NCBI GenBank assembly: GCA_963793675.1 | Contig: CAWCBA010000005.1 | Location: 344,645-408,644, forward strand | Reading direction: 5' to 3' | Source: an uncultured Gammaproteobacteria bacterium | Lineage (GTDB): Bacteria > Pseudomonadota > Gammaproteobacteria > Steroidobacterales > Steroidobacteraceae | DNA length: 64,000 bases | Shown: positions 31,955 to 42,696 of the stretch, piece after piece | Layout of the letters: the number at the start of each line of letters is the position of its first letter | How positions within the stretch are numbered: the stretch's first letter is position 1 | Notes under the pieces: generated by a model | Seen by the model: the letters and a program-made list of their open reading frames with translations, nothing else | Databases searched by the model: none | What the model was told of the DNA's origin: nothing | Made by a program: the position numbers and the translations under genes

Positions 31955-33229
31955 GCGCCATTGCCCCTTCCCCGGCCACCGTGCACTACCGCGAAGCGTT
32001 CGAGCGGCTGCAGCCCGTGCTGGGCGGGGCTGCCACGCGTCGCGCTGCAGCGATGGCGCGCTTTGCGGAACTGGGATTCCCCGGCGCGCGGGAAGAGGCC
32101 TGGAAGTACACGAGCCTGCGCCGTCTCGAATCGCGCCGGTTCGCACCGGCCACTCCGACGACGACGCCAGTCGATGTGCCGGCTGCGTTCGTCACGCAGC
32201 GGCTGGTACTTGCAAACGGCTCGCCGGTGGACGGCATCCCGGCGTCACTCGGTGGGTTCACGCTCGGCACGCTGACGGTCTCGTCGGAGGAACAGTTGCT
32301 GCGCCCGCTGCCCGGCGGTGGCACTGAACGCTTTGCAGCGCTGAATGCCGCATTGACCATCGGCCCGCTGCTGCTGTCCACGACGGCCGGCCAGCAGAGC
32401 GACGACATCCTGCAACTCACGTTGCTTACGACGGGCGCGGAGCCGACGCTCGCGAGCCCCCGCGTCGCCGTGCGCATGGCGGCTGGCAGCCGCGCACGCC
32501 TGCTGATCGACCACGTCGACGATGGCGCGCACGAACATTTCACCAACGCCGTGCTCGACATCGAGCTCGGCGCGGGAGCGCACCTCACTCTGTATCGACT
32601 GCAGCGGCAGGGTGAGCGTGCTTTCCACATCGAACGGATCGAAACCCGCGTCGGCGACAGACGCCACGTTCGTGATGCGAGACTCGCAGCTCGGCGCCGC
32701 GCTGGCGCGTCTCGACACGAACGTCAGCCTGGATGGCCGCGCGGCGGCCACCGAAATCACGGGCGTGTTCCTCGCGGACGGCTCGCGTCACCTCGATTCG
32801 CACATCCACGTCGGACATCATGCTGTCGGAACCACGAGTCTCCAGGATTACCGCGGCATTGCCGCAAACAAGGGTCGCGGCGTGTTCAACGGCAAGGCGA
32901 TCGTGCACGAGGGCGCGCAGAAATCCAATGCGCGCCAGGTCAACCGCAACCTGCTGCTGACGCCGGGCGCCGAGATCGACACCAAGCCCGACCTCGAGAT
33001 CTACGCCGACGACGTGCAGTGCAGCCACGGCACGACCACGGGCCAGCTGGATCCGAACGCCCTCTTCTACCTGCGCTCGCGTGGGCTCAGCGAACCCGAA
33101 GCGCGCAGTGCCCTGACGCGGGCGTTTGCCGGCGCGGTGCTGGCGCGCGTCGACGAGCCCGCCCTGGCGAGCCACGTGCATGACGAGCTCGATCGGCGCC
33201 TCGTGCGCCTGCTGGAGGTGGCCGCGTGA
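31951..33229 (+). pseudogene. sufD: Fe-S cluster assembly protein SufD, one frameshift near 32655-32662 (as sequenced)
   Basis: The N-terminal part up to ..AFHIERIETRVG is in ORF 31951..33183. The conserved C-terminal part (DATFVMRDSQLG...DTKPDLEIYADDVQCSHGTTTGQLD) is in ORF 32522..33229. Confidence 0.85.
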
Positions 33230-34479
33230 ACGCCGTTCATGCCGCGGCCGATGCTCCGGCCGCGCTCGACATCGCGGCCATCCGCAGTGATTTCCCGGTG
33301 CTCGCGCGCACGATCCGCGGCCTGCCGCTCTCGTACCTCGACAACGCCGCCTCGAGCCAGCGCCCGCGCGCCGTCATCGATGCCATCTCGCATTACTACG
33401 AGAACTCCCACGCCAACGTGCACCGTGGCGTGCACACGCTGAGCCAGGAGGCGACCGACCTGTTCGAGGGCGCGCGCGCCAAGGTGCGGCGCTTCATCAA
33501 CGCGAAGTCGACGCAGGAAGTGATATTCGTGCGCGGCACCACCGAGGCGATCAACCTCGTCGCGCAATCGTATGGCCGGCCGCGGTTCGGTCCGGGCGAC
33601 GAGATCCTGGTGTCGTGGCTCGAGCACCACGCGAACATCGTGCCCTGGCAGATGCTCTGCCAGCAGACGGGCGCCACGCTCAAGGTCGCGCCGATCACGC
33701 AGTCGGGCGAAGTGGACTTCGATGCATTCGCTGCCCTGCTGTCCCCGCGCACGAAGCTGGTTGCGCTGGCCCACGTCTCGAATGCACTCGGTACGGTCGT
33801 CCCGGTGCACCGATTCATCGCAGCGGCCAGGGAGCGTGGCGTGCCCGTGCTGCTCGACGGCGCGCAGGCCGTTCCGCACATGAGCGTGGACGTGCAGGCG
33901 CTCGATTGCGATTTCTATGCCTTCTCCGGCCACAAGATGTGCGGTCCGACCGGGATCGGCGTGCTCTATGGACGCGAATCGCTGCTGAACGCGATGCCAC
34001 CCTGGCAGGGCGGCGGCGACATGATCCTGGCGGTGTCTTTCGAAAAGACCGTCTACAACGGCCTGCCCTACAAGTTCGAGGCCGGCACTCCGGACATCGC
34101 CGGCGCGATCGGTCTCGGCGCAGCGATCGATTACCTCGAGTCGCTCGGCATGGAACGCATTGCAGCCGCCGAGCATGCATTGCTCGTCTACGCGAACGAA
34201 CGGCTCGCAACCGTTCCCGGCCTGCGCTTCGTCGGCACGGCGCCGGAGAAGGCGGCCGTCGTATCGTTCACCATCGACAGGATGCATCCGCACGACCTGG
34301 GCACGATCCTCGACCACGAAGGCGTCGCGATCCGCACCGGCCACCACTGCGCCATGCCGGTCATGGAGTTCTACGGGCTGCCGGCGACGGCGCGCGCCTC
34401 GTTTGCTTTCTACAACACGCGTGCCGAGATCGACCGGCTGGTCGAGGCCCTGCACACCGCGCGGGAGATGCTCGGCTGA
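33226..34479 (+). CDS. sufS: cysteine desulfurase SufS
   Basis: PLP-Lys region FSGHKMCGPTG and catalytic Cys RTGHHCAMP. Confidence 0.95.
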   Translation: MNAVHAAADAPAALDIAAIRSDFPVLARTIRGLPLSYLDNAASSQRPRAVIDAISHYYENSHANVHRGVHTLSQEATDLFEGARAKVRRFINAKSTQEVIFVRGTTEAINLVAQSYGRPRFGPGDEILVSWLEHHANIVPWQMLCQQTGATLKVAPITQSGEVDFDAFAALLSPRTKLVALAHVSNALGTVVPVHRFIAAARERGVPVLLDGAQAVPHMSVDVQALDCDFYAFSGHKMCGPTGIGVLYGRESLLNAMPPWQGGGDMILAVSFEKTVYNGLPYKFEAGTPDIAGAIGLGAAIDYLESLGMERIAAAEHALLVYANERLATVPGLRFVGTAPEKAAVVSFTIDRMHPHDLGTILDHEGVAIRTGHHCAMPVMEFYGLPATARASFAFYNTRAEIDRLVEALHTAREMLG

Positions 34480-34922
34480 TGGACCTCAAGGACCTGTACC
34501 GCGACGTCATCGTCGACCACAACCGGAACCCGCGCAATTTCCGCGAGATTCCGGACGCGGATCGCCGCGCCGACGGCTTCAATCCGCTCTGTGGCGACAA
34601 GCTGACGGTGTTCGTGAAGCTCGACGGCGACCGCATCAGCGACGTGTCCTTCAACGGCAGCGGCTGCGCGATCTCGGTCGCTTCGGCCTCGCTGCTGACC
34701 GAGAGCGTCAAGGGCAAGACCATTCAGCAGGCCGAGGAGCTGTTCGCGCAGATGCATCTGCTGCTGACACGCGACGACATCGACATGGACGTGGCCCGCC
34801 TCGGCAAGCTCGGCGCGCTGTCCGGCGTCCGTGAATTCCCGGCCCGCGTGAAGTGCGCGAGCCTCTGCTGGCACACGCTCGACGCGGCGCTGCACCAGCA
34901 GGAACAGGTCTCGACCGAATAA
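34479..34922 (+). CDS. sufU: SufU/IscU-like (NifU N-terminal family) sulfur acceptor
   Basis: MDLKDLYRDVIVDHNRNPRN with three conserved Cys (NPLCGD, GSGCAIS, KCASLCW). The ATG overlaps the sufS stop (TGATG). Confidence 0.85.
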   Translation: MDLKDLYRDVIVDHNRNPRNFREIPDADRRADGFNPLCGDKLTVFVKLDGDRISDVSFNGSGCAISVASASLLTESVKGKTIQQAEELFAQMHLLLTRDDIDMDVARLGKLGALSGVREFPARVKCASLCWHTLDAALHQQEQVSTE

Positions 34923-34945
34923 TCGTCGATCGACAGGAGCGCGCC

Positions 34946-35494
34946 TTGTACCGAGCCGACAACGAGCCCGTGAACTTCACCCGCGACGTGGACGCGGTGA
35001 TCGTTCCTGCGGGCGTCAACGTGAAGCTGCGCCAGGGCCAGCAGGGCTACATCACGCAGGCCCTCGGTGGCAGCTTCACCGTCTACGTCGAGGGCAACCT
35101 CTTCCGCATCGCGGGCAAGGACGCGGATGCGCTCGGCAAGGAGCCGGCAGAGACACCCGCGTTGCCGCCGAATGCGAGTGACGACGACGTGAAGCAGGTG
35201 GCCTGGCAGCAGATGAAGGGCTGCTACGACCCGGAGATCCCGATCAACATCGTGGATCTCGGCCTGGTCTATGAATGCGAAGTCGTTCCCGACGGCGATG
35301 GCCGCGTGCTGTCGATCAAGATGACGCTGACTGCACCCGGCTGCGGCATGGGTGACGTGCTGGTCGCCGACGTGAAGGAAAAAGTCGAGATCATCCCGAC
35401 AGTGAAGCACGCAGACGTCGAACTCGTGTTCGATCCACCGTGGGACCAGTCGATGATGTCCGAGGCGGCGCGGCTGCAGACGGGGATGATGTGA
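34946..35494 (+). CDS. sufT: SufT-like DUF59 Fe-S assembly protein
   Basis: TTG start 6 nt after AGGAG. It has a DUF59 block CYDPEIPINIVDLGLVY and TLTAPGCGMG. Confidence 0.8.
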   Translation: MYRADNEPVNFTRDVDAVIVPAGVNVKLRQGQQGYITQALGGSFTVYVEGNLFRIAGKDADALGKEPAETPALPPNASDDDVKQVAWQQMKGCYDPEIPINIVDLGLVYECEVVPDGDGRVLSIKMTLTAPGCGMGDVLVADVKEKVEIIPTVKHADVELVFDPPWDQSMMSEAARLQTGMM

Positions 35495-35678
35495 GTCGAC
35501 GTCGCATCGGCCACATGACGGCCAGGACAGTCGGGCCAGAACTGATTCGCCGGGCTGTGCGAGGCATGGACGCCGAGCCCGGAGCGCCCAAGGATGGGTT
35601 TACGGCGTCCCGGCGAATCATGTTGTGGCCCGGATGTCCGCCTGCCATCAGGGCCGATGCAGAACGCGGGCTCTGTCG

Positions 35679-35990
35679 ATGAGTACGTGGATCCGCGTTG
35701 CACCCGCCACGGACATCGAGCCCGGTGACTACGCGTCAGCCGAGGTCGGCGACGCCTTCGTCGCCGTCTACAACATCGACGGCGAGTTCTTCGCGATCGA
35801 CGACGTCTGCACGCACGACGGCGGCGGCCTCTCCGGCGGTGCAGTCGAGGACCACCAGGTCATCTGCCCGCGCCACGGCGCCCGCTTCTGCCTGCGCACC
35901 GGCAAGGCGCTGACACCTCCCGCGTACGAGCCGGTGAAGAGCTACGCGACGCGCGTAGTGGACGGCTACGTCGAGGTCGCCGGCGAATGA
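35679..35990 (+). CDS. Rieske [2Fe-2S] ferredoxin
   Basis: CTHDGG ... CPRHGARF (CxH / CxxH ligands), 103 aa. Confidence 0.85.
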   Translation: MSTWIRVAPATDIEPGDYASAEVGDAFVAVYNIDGEFFAIDDVCTHDGGGLSGGAVEDHQVICPRHGARFCLRTGKALTPPAYEPVKSYATRVVDGYVEVAGE

Positions 35991-36553
35991 GCACCGGGAA
36001 ACAGAACAGGCACAAGGAGCACGAGCTCGAAGCGAGCGGTCAGGACACCGCCGCGATGCGACGACTGACGCTGGTCCGGCATGCGAAGGCGGACACGCCG
36101 CTGCCGGGGCAGCAGGACTGGGACCGGGTGCTCGACCGTCGCGGCCAGCACGACGCACCGGAAATGGCGCGCCGCCTCCGCTCGCGCAAGCTGAAACCCG
36201 ACCTGATACTGTCCAGCCCCGCCGTGCGGGCGCTATCGACGGCCAGCATCATGGCGCGCGAACTGAAAGTGCCCGCCGACCGGATCGCGCAGGATGAGCG
36301 TCTGTACCTCGCCGACCCGAAACGTATCCTCGAGGTCGTCCATGAACTCGGCGGCGATGCGAAACACGTGATGGTGTTTGCCCACAATCCGGGCATCACG
36401 GACTGCGCCAACAGGCTTTCGGCCGGCGATCACATCGACACGCTGCCGACATGCGGAGTCTTCACCGCGTGCTTCGCGCTGGACGACTGGTCGCAGCTCG
36501 CCTGGGAAAGCGGCATCGAGGCCGAATTCGACTACCCGCGCAACCGCGTGTAG
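35987..36553 (+). CDS. SixA-like histidine phosphatase
   Basis: LTLVRHAKA motif and VFAHNPG. The start may be the internal MRRLTL (36056). Confidence 0.8.
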   Translation: MSTGKQNRHKEHELEASGQDTAAMRRLTLVRHAKADTPLPGQQDWDRVLDRRGQHDAPEMARRLRSRKLKPDLILSSPAVRALSTASIMARELKVPADRIAQDERLYLADPKRILEVVHELGGDAKHVMVFAHNPGITDCANRLSAGDHIDTLPTCGVFTACFALDDWSQLAWESGIEAEFDYPRNRV

Positions 36554-36565
36554 CGGGCTGCGGCG

Positions 36566-37270
36566 TCAGCCGCGCCCGGACACGGGAATGGCGGCACCAG
36601 TCACCGACGCTGCCTCCGCAGACGCCAGGAACAGGATCACCTGCGCGATCGCATCGGGACTGACCCACCGCGTGAAGTCGGCCTTGGGCATGTCGAGCCG
36701 GTTGCGCGGCGTGTCGATGATGCCGGGCAGGATCGCATTCACCGTGATGTTGCGATCCTTCATTTCCTCCGCCAGCGCCTCGGTGAAGCGCTGCACGCCG
36801 GCCTTGGACGCCGCATAGGCTCCCATGCCGAGTCCCGCCCTGGCCGCGGCACCGGCGCCGATGTTGACGATGCGGCCGCCACCGCGCTCGAGCATGGCCG
36901 GGAGTGCGCTCTTCGACGCGACGACGGCCGAGCGCAGGTTCGTCGAGTAGAGCGAATCCCAGGTCGCGACGTCGCCGTCCTCGATTTTTTCCCAGCGAAA
37001 CCCGCCGGCCACGTTGACCAGCACGTCGATGCCGCCGAAGCGCATCGCGATCGCAGCCATCGCCTTCCGCGTCCCATCGACGTCGGCGAGATCCGCGCCG
37101 CCGAGCAGCAGGTGCCCTGCCCCGCCGAACTCCCGCTGCAGTTCGGCGGAAGGCTGCAACATGTCGATCAAGGCGAGCTTGGCGCCGGCCTGGCCAAAGG
37201 CCCGCGCGGTCGCGGAACCCAACGTGCCGAACGCGCCCGTAATGACGACCACCGAATCGATTGACGGCAT
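36566..37270 (-). CDS. SDR family oxidoreductase
   Basis: TGAFGTLG (TGxxxGxG) and YAASK (YxxxK). Confidence 0.9.
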   Translation of the reverse strand: MPSIDSVVVITGAFGTLGSATARAFGQAGAKLALIDMLQPSAELQREFGGAGHLLLGGADLADVDGTRKAMAAIAMRFGGIDVLVNVAGGFRWEKIEDGDVATWDSLYSTNLRSAVVASKSALPAMLERGGGRIVNIGAGAAARAGLGMGAYAASKAGVQRFTEALAEEMKDRNITVNAILPGIIDTPRNRLDMPKADFTRWVSPDAIAQVILFLASAEAASVTGAAIPVSGRG

Positions 37271-37294
37271 CGTGCCTCCGCGGGACCGTTCGAC

Positions 37295-38669
37295 TCAGCA
37301 TTCCGGGACGTTGACTGCCAGGCCGCCCTGGCTGGTTTCCTTGTAGATCGTCGACATGTCCTGACCGGTCTGGCGCATGGTGTTGATCACCTGGTCGAGC
37401 GACACCTTGTGAGTCCCGTCGCCGCGCATCGACAGCCGGGCCGCGTTGATCGCCTTCACCGCGCCCATCGCGTTGCGCTCGATGCAGGGAATCTGCACCA
37501 GGCCGGCTATCGGATCGCAGGTCAGCCCCAGGTTGTGCTCCATGCCGATTTCGGCAGCGTTCTCCACCTGCTCGTTGGTGCCATTGAGCGCCGCGACCAG
37601 TCCCGCAGCGGCCATCGAACACGCAACGCCGACCTCGCCCTGACAGCCCATCTCGGCACCCGAGATCGAGGCGTTGCGCTTGTAGAGCATGCCGATGGCC
37701 CCGGCCACCAGCAGGAAGCGCACGATGCCGTTCTCGCTCGCACCAAGCTCGAACTTGCGGTAGTACGCGAGCACCGCCGGCACGATGCCCGCCGCACCAT
37801 TCGTGGGAGCCGTGACGACACGACCGCCGGCTGCGTTCTCCTCGTTGACCGACAGCGCGAACGCATTGACCCACTCGATGGCATCGAGCGGGCGATGCTG
37901 TGCGGACTGCTCCCGCAGCACGCGCTGCATGCGCGACGCACGACGCCGCACCTTCAGCACTCCCGGCAGCAGACCGTTCGGCTTCGAACCCGCGCTGGAT
38001 GCAGCCATCCATTATCGACCAGAGGTTGAGCAGCGCGACGCGCGTCTCCGCGTCGGGCCGGAAGGCCCGCTCGTTCTCGAGCATCAGCTCGTGCAGCTCG
38101 AGCCCGCGATTGCGCGCCAGCTCGAGCAGGTCGTGACCCGAGGTGAATGGATGAGGCACGTCGACCTGCGGTCCGCCTTCGTACGTCTTGCCGAAATCGC
38201 GCGCGCGGACGATGAACCCGCCGCCGGTGGAGAAGAATTCCTCCCGATGCAGCACCTCACCGGCCGGGTCGAGCGCCGTGAAACGCATGCCGTTGGGATG
38301 TTGCGGCAGGGTCTGGTCACGGTGAAACAGCAGGTCGAGCGGTTCGTCGAAGGCGATCTCGCGCTTGCCGGCGATCAGGATGCGGCCGGTGTTGCGGATG
38401 CGTTCGAGCGACGGTTCCATCGCGGCCGGATCGATCGTGGCTGGCTGGTTGCCCTCGAGGCCGAGCAGGATCGCGCGGTCGGTGCAGTGCCCGAGACCGG
38501 TCAGTGCCAGCGAGCCATAGACCTGCGCGACGACCTTGTCGACGCGCCCGAGCAGCGACATCGAGTCGAGGTCGTGCACGAACGCGCAGGCAGCGTTCAT
38601 CGGCCCCATCGTGTGGGAGCTCGACGGGCCGACGCCGATCTTGAAGATGTCGAGGACGCTGAGGTTCAT
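37295..38669 (-). pseudogene. sdaA: L-serine ammonia-lyase (Fe-S type), one frameshift near 37975-37982 (as sequenced)
   Basis: The N-terminal part (MNLSVLDIFKIGVGPSSSHTMGP ... [15 protein letters not shown]) is in the ORF ending at 38669. The rest ([14 protein letters not shown]...[14 protein letters not shown]...) is in ORF 37295..38008. Confidence 0.9.
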
Positions 38670-38693
38670 GAACTCCTTGCGCGGCGGGCCCGC

Positions 38694-41600
38694 TTACTCC
38701 ATTGCCAGCAGCGAGGCGTTGCCACCCACCGCCGAGGTATTGACCGTCATCGTGCGCTCGTGCGCGTAGCGGTGAAGGTAGAACGGCCCGCCCGCTTTCG
38801 GTCCGGTGCCGGACAGGCCCGAGCCACCAAACGGTTGCGTACCCACGACGGCGCCGATGATGTTGCGGTTGACGTAGACGTTGCCGGCGGCAACGCGGCT
38901 CGCAACGCGACGCACGGTGCCGTCGATGCGGCTGTGAATGCCGAACGTGAGGCCGAAGCCCGTCGCGTTGATCGCATCCACGAGCGCTTCGAGGTCGCGT
39001 GCCTTGTAGGTCACGATGTGCATGATCGGGCCGAACCACTCGCGCTCGAGCACCGACAACGACGAGATCTCCACGGCGAGCGGCGCGACGAACGTGCCGG
39101 CCCGCGTGGCGTCCGGCAGCCTGATGCGGTGATGCCACGCAGCCTTCTGCATGACTTCGTGCGCGTGTCCGTCGAGCATGGCACGCGCCGCTTCGTCGAT
39201 GACGGGGCCGACGTCGGTTTCGAGGTAGGCGGGATCGCCGACCACCAGCTCTTCCATGTAGCCGGCCAGCAGTCGCTTGACCTTCGGAGCGATGTCCTCC
39301 TGCACGCACAGCACTCGCAGCGCGGAACAGCGCTGTCCCGCGCTGTTGAACGCCGACTGGACTGCATCGATCACGACCTGTTCCGGCAGCGCCGAGCTGT
39401 CGACGATCATCGCGTTCTGGCCGCCGGTCTCGGCGATCAACGCTCCGATCGGTCCGTTACGGCTGGCGAGGGTGCGATTGATGATCCGTGCAGTGTCGGT
39501 GGAGCCCGTGAAGGCGACCCCAGCGATGCGCGGATCGGCCACCGCAGCAGCTCCCACGCTGGCGCCATCGCCCGGCAGGAAATGCAGCACGTCGGCCGGG
39601 ACGCCCGCCTGCAGCATGAGACGCACCGCGTGCGCCGCCACGAGCGGCGTCTGCTCGGCCGGCTTGGCCAGCACGGCATTGCCCGCTGCCAATGCAGCGG
39701 CAACCTGCCCCGCGAAGATCGCGAGCGGGAAGTTCCAGGGGCTGATGCAGGTGAACACACCGCGTCCGTGCAGGCTGAGCTCGTTGCTCTCACCGGTCGG
39801 CCCCGGCAGACGCTGCGGGCCCGCGAACTCGTGCCGGGCACGGGCCGCGTAGTAACGCAGGAAGTCGACGGCCTCGCGCACTTCGGCGATGCCGTCCGGC
39901 ACCGACTTGCCCGCCTCCCGCACACACATCGCGACCAGTTCTGCCGTACTCTGTTCGAAGAGGTCGGCAGCCTTGTCGAGCGCGTCGCCGCGCACGTCTG
40001 CGGGCGTGGCGTCCCAGGCAGGCTGCGCCTGCACGGCGATGTCGATCGCCGTGCGCACGTGCGCCGTCGTCGCATTCGACACGCTGCCGACGACGTCGGC
40101 GTGGTTGGCTGGATTGCGGATGGTGTCGGCAGCCCCGCTCTGCTCCTCACCGCCAAGCAGGGGCGCTGCCACCCAGTTGCGACGCGACACGCGCTCCATG
40201 CGGTCCGCCATCGCCTTGCACACCGCGCCGTTCGCGAGGTGCACGCCCAGCGAATTCCTGCGTTCCGGCTGGTAGATGTCGAGCGGCTGCGGGATGCGCG
40301 GGTGCGCAACCTGGTCAAAACCGTCGACCGTGCGCACCGGGTCCGCGATGATCGAGTCTATCGGTTCGTTCTCATTGACGATGCGGTTGACGAAGGACGT
40401 GTTCGAACCGTTCTCGAGCAGGCGGCGCACCAGGTACGGCAGCAGGTCCTCGTGCTCGCCGACCGGCGCGTACACGCGACATGGCGTGCCGAGGCCGCTG
40501 CGGTCGGTGACGTGCGTGTAGAGCTCTTCACCCATGCCGTGCAGGCGCTGGAACTCGAACTCGACCCCGGCTTTCCTGGCCATGCTGGCAACGGCCGCGA
40601 CGGTGTGCGCGTTGTGCGTGGCGAACTGCGGGTACAGCACGTCCTTGCCCTGTTCGAACACGTAACGCGCGCACGCGAGATACGACACGTCGGTATTGGG
40701 CTTGCGCGTGTACAGCGGGTAACCCGGCAGGCCGCGCTCCTGGCCGCGCTTGATCTCGGCGTCCCAGTACGCGCCCTTCACCAGGCGCACGTGCAGGATG
40801 CGACGCGTCTCCTTCGCCAGGCCGACGATGTACTTCAGCATCGGCAGCGCGCGCTTCTGATAGGTCTGCACGGCGATGCCGAAGCCGTTCCAGGCGGCGA
40901 GCGACGGATCGCGGCAGACGGCCGCCAGCAATTCCATCGTCAGTTCGAGCCGCTCGGACTCTTCCGTATCGAGCGTCAGCGCGATGCCCGCATCGCGGGC
41001 CAGTCGGCACAGTTCCACCAGCCGCGGCGTGAGTTCGCGATGAACGCGTTGCCGGTGCGAACGCTCGAAGCGCGGGTGCATCGCGGAGAGCTTCACCGAG
41101 ATGCTCGGGCGCGCTTCGAAATCAGGGTATTCGTCGACGCGGGCCGCCAGCGCGCCGATCGCCGTGCGGTAGGCATCGAAATACCGGGTGGCATCGGCCG
41201 TGGTCAGCGCCGCCTCGCCCAGCATGTCGAACGTGTAGCGGTACCGCCGGTTGGCGCCGCTCAGCGAGTTGTCGAGCGCCTCCTTCATCGTGCGGCCCAT
41301 CACGAACTGGTGACCCATGATGCGCATGGCCTGGCGCATCGCCGTGCGCACCACGGGTTCGCCCATGCGGCCGACGACGCGGCTCATCACGCCTTCCGGC
41401 GCGGCAACGTCGTTCGGATCGAGCCGCACGATGCGGCCCGTCAGCATCAGGCCCCAGGTCGAGGCATTGACGAACAGGGACTGGCTGTCGCCCAGGTGGC
41501 TGGCCCAGTCGCCTGCGCGCAGTTTGTCGGCGATCAGGCGATCCGCCGTCTCGTCGTCGGGAATGCGGAGCAGCGCCTCGGCGAGGCACATGAGAATGAC

Positions 41601-41879
41601 GCCTTCCTGCGACGACAGGTCGTACTGCCGGAGAAACGCGTCGAGACCGGTCTTGGCGGCGGGCGCCCTGCGCACCGCCTCGACGAGCTTGCGTGCCGTG
41701 GCCTGCACTTCATCGTGCTGCGCCGGATCGAGGCGAGCCATGTCCGCCAGCGAGCGGACCAGGACTTCCTCGTCACCCAGGAAATCGTCGTTGATCGCCA
41801 GACCGACCGGGGTCAGAAAGTCCTGGGCATCGGGAAACAGGAAACGCGACGAGGGCGCTTCGCGACTCGAACCAGACAT
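38694..41879 (-). CDS. putA: bifunctional proline dehydrogenase / P5C dehydrogenase PutA
   Basis: 1061-aa ORF with an N-terminal PRODH barrel and a C-terminal ALDH domain with active-site FNSAGQRCSALR. Confidence 0.95.
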   Translation of the reverse strand: MSGSSREAPSSRFLFPDAQDFLTPVGLAINDDFLGDEEVLVRSLADMARLDPAQHDEVQATARKLVEAVRRAPAAKTGLDAFLRQYDLSSQEGVILMCLAEALLRIPDDETADRLIADKLRAGDWASHLGDSQSLFVNASTWGLMLTGRIVRLDPNDVAAPEGVMSRVVGRMGEPVVRTAMRQAMRIMGHQFVMGRTMKEALDNSLSGANRRYRYTFDMLGEAALTTADATRYFDAYRTAIGALAARVDEYPDFEARPSISVKLSAMHPRFERSHRQRVHRELTPRLVELCRLARDAGIALTLDTEESERLELTMELLAAVCRDPSLAAWNGFGIAVQTYQKRALPMLKYIVGLAKETRRILHVRLVKGAYWDAEIKRGQERGLPGYPLYTRKPNTDVSYLACARYVFEQGKDVLYPQFATHNAHTVAAVASMARKAGVEFEFQRLHGMGEELYTHVTDRSGLGTPCRVYAPVGEHEDLLPYLVRRLLENGSNTSFVNRIVNENEPIDSIIADPVRTVDGFDQVAHPRIPQPLDIYQPERRNSLGVHLANGAVCKAMADRMERVSRRNWVAAPLLGGEEQSGAADTIRNPANHADVVGSVSNATTAHVRTAIDIAVQAQPAWDATPADVRGDALDKAADLFEQSTAELVAMCVREAGKSVPDGIAEVREAVDFLRYYAARARHEFAGPQRLPGPTGESNELSLHGRGVFTCISPWNFPLAIFAGQVAAALAAGNAVLAKPAEQTPLVAAHAVRLMLQAGVPADVLHFLPGDGASVGAAAVADPRIAGVAFTGSTDTARIINRTLASRNGPIGALIAETGGQNAMIVDSSALPEQVVIDAVQSAFNSAGQRCSALRVLCVQEDIAPKVKRLLAGYMEELVVGDPAYLETDVGPVIDEAARAMLDGHAHEVMQKAAWHHRIRLPDATRAGTFVAPLAVEISSLSVLEREWFGPIMHIVTYKARDLEALVDAINATGFGLTFGIHSRIDGTVRRVASRVAAGNVYVNRNIIGAVVGTQPFGGSGLSGTGPKAGGPFYLHRYAHERTMTVNTSAVGGNASLLAME

Positions 41880-41914
41880 GGGGGATTCGCCTGCAGGAAA
41901 GGTCCCCGATTCTA

Positions 41915-41958
41915 TCCAAAAACGCAGTCGTCCCGCGGAGGTTCGCCTGCCGCGGGAC
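41915..41958 (-). terminator. possible terminator after the DUF481 gene
   Basis: 9-bp stem gtcccgcgg/ccgcgggac with an 11-nt loop, then TTTTT 8 nt downstream on the minus strand. Confidence 0.4.
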
Positions 41959-41982
41959 GTGTTGCACCGCGTTACGCGGCCG

Positions 41983-42696
41983 CTACTTCGTCTCGTAGAG
42001 CAGGCCGACCGTGGTCAGGGTATCCGTCTTGTCGACGCCGGGCTGGACGTCGGTGTTGTGACGGACCTGGTAACCCACGCGCAGGCCGAGCGCGCCCGTG
42101 ATGGTGACCTCGAGGCCGAGGTCGTTCTGCATATAGGTGTTGTCCGAACCCGTTTCCACCAGGAAGCGGTCGACGAACTTGGTGGTGTTGGTCAGCTGGT
42201 GCTCGAAACCGAGGTCGCCGCGGAAGATGACGCCGTCCTCGGACTCGCCGGTGTCCCGGACCTGGGCATAGCGGTAGCCGGGACCGCCCTGCACCCAGAA
42301 CTTGGTGCGTTCGGTGTCTATGATCTTGTAGCCGAGACCACCGGCAAGCGAGGCCTGGTAGTCGTACTGGCTGAAACGGTCGTCTTCATAGCGGCCCGCG
42401 CCGAAAGCGTATGCGCGCTCGGTAAAGTCGTACTGTGTCTGCCCGCGCAGTTCCCAGCGCTGGGCGGTGGTGCCGCCGCCGTCGCTGCCGTAATTTCCGG
42501 CAAAACCGAACGTGTGCTGCCACCGGTCGACCTTGTTCTTCAGTTCGAGGTTGGCGCTCGCAGCCTGGTTCTCGCTGTTGCCGGTCGCAAATGACGCGCC
42601 GATGTCGCCTTTGCCGGTCCAGTCGGCCAGGGCGGGCATGGTGGCGGCACAGAGTGCGAGGGCAATGCAAAGCTGGGGGACACGGATCGTGGACAT
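41983..42696 (-). CDS. DUF481 (YdiY-like) outer-membrane beta-barrel protein
   Basis: Signal peptide ending ALA-DW, alternating beta-strand pattern and C-terminal ..VGLLYETK. Confidence 0.8.
   Translation of the reverse strand: MSTIRVPQLCIALALCAATMPALADWTGKGDIGASFATGNSENQAASANLELKNKVDRWQHTFGFAGNYGSDGGGTTAQRWELRGQTQYDFTERAYAFGAGRYEDDRFSQYDYQASLAGGLGYKIIDTERTKFWVQGGPGYRYAQVRDTGESEDGVIFRGDLGFEHQLTNTTKFVDRFLVETGSDNTYMQNDLGLEVTITGALGLRVGYQVRHNTDVQPGVDKTDTLTTVGLLYETK

Noticed and set aside
37785-42101. 1438-aa ORF on the plus strand, with similar long ORFs at 774..2429, 5081..7012, 6730..8031, 21788..23167, 33067..34455, 43760..45775, 44137..45870, 51690..52664 and 60704..62659.
   Set aside because: All lie antisense or out of frame to genes with clear family signatures. 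Their translations are Arg/Ala/Gly/His/Asp-rich with no motifs. These are the stop-poor shadow frames expected in high-GC DNA.
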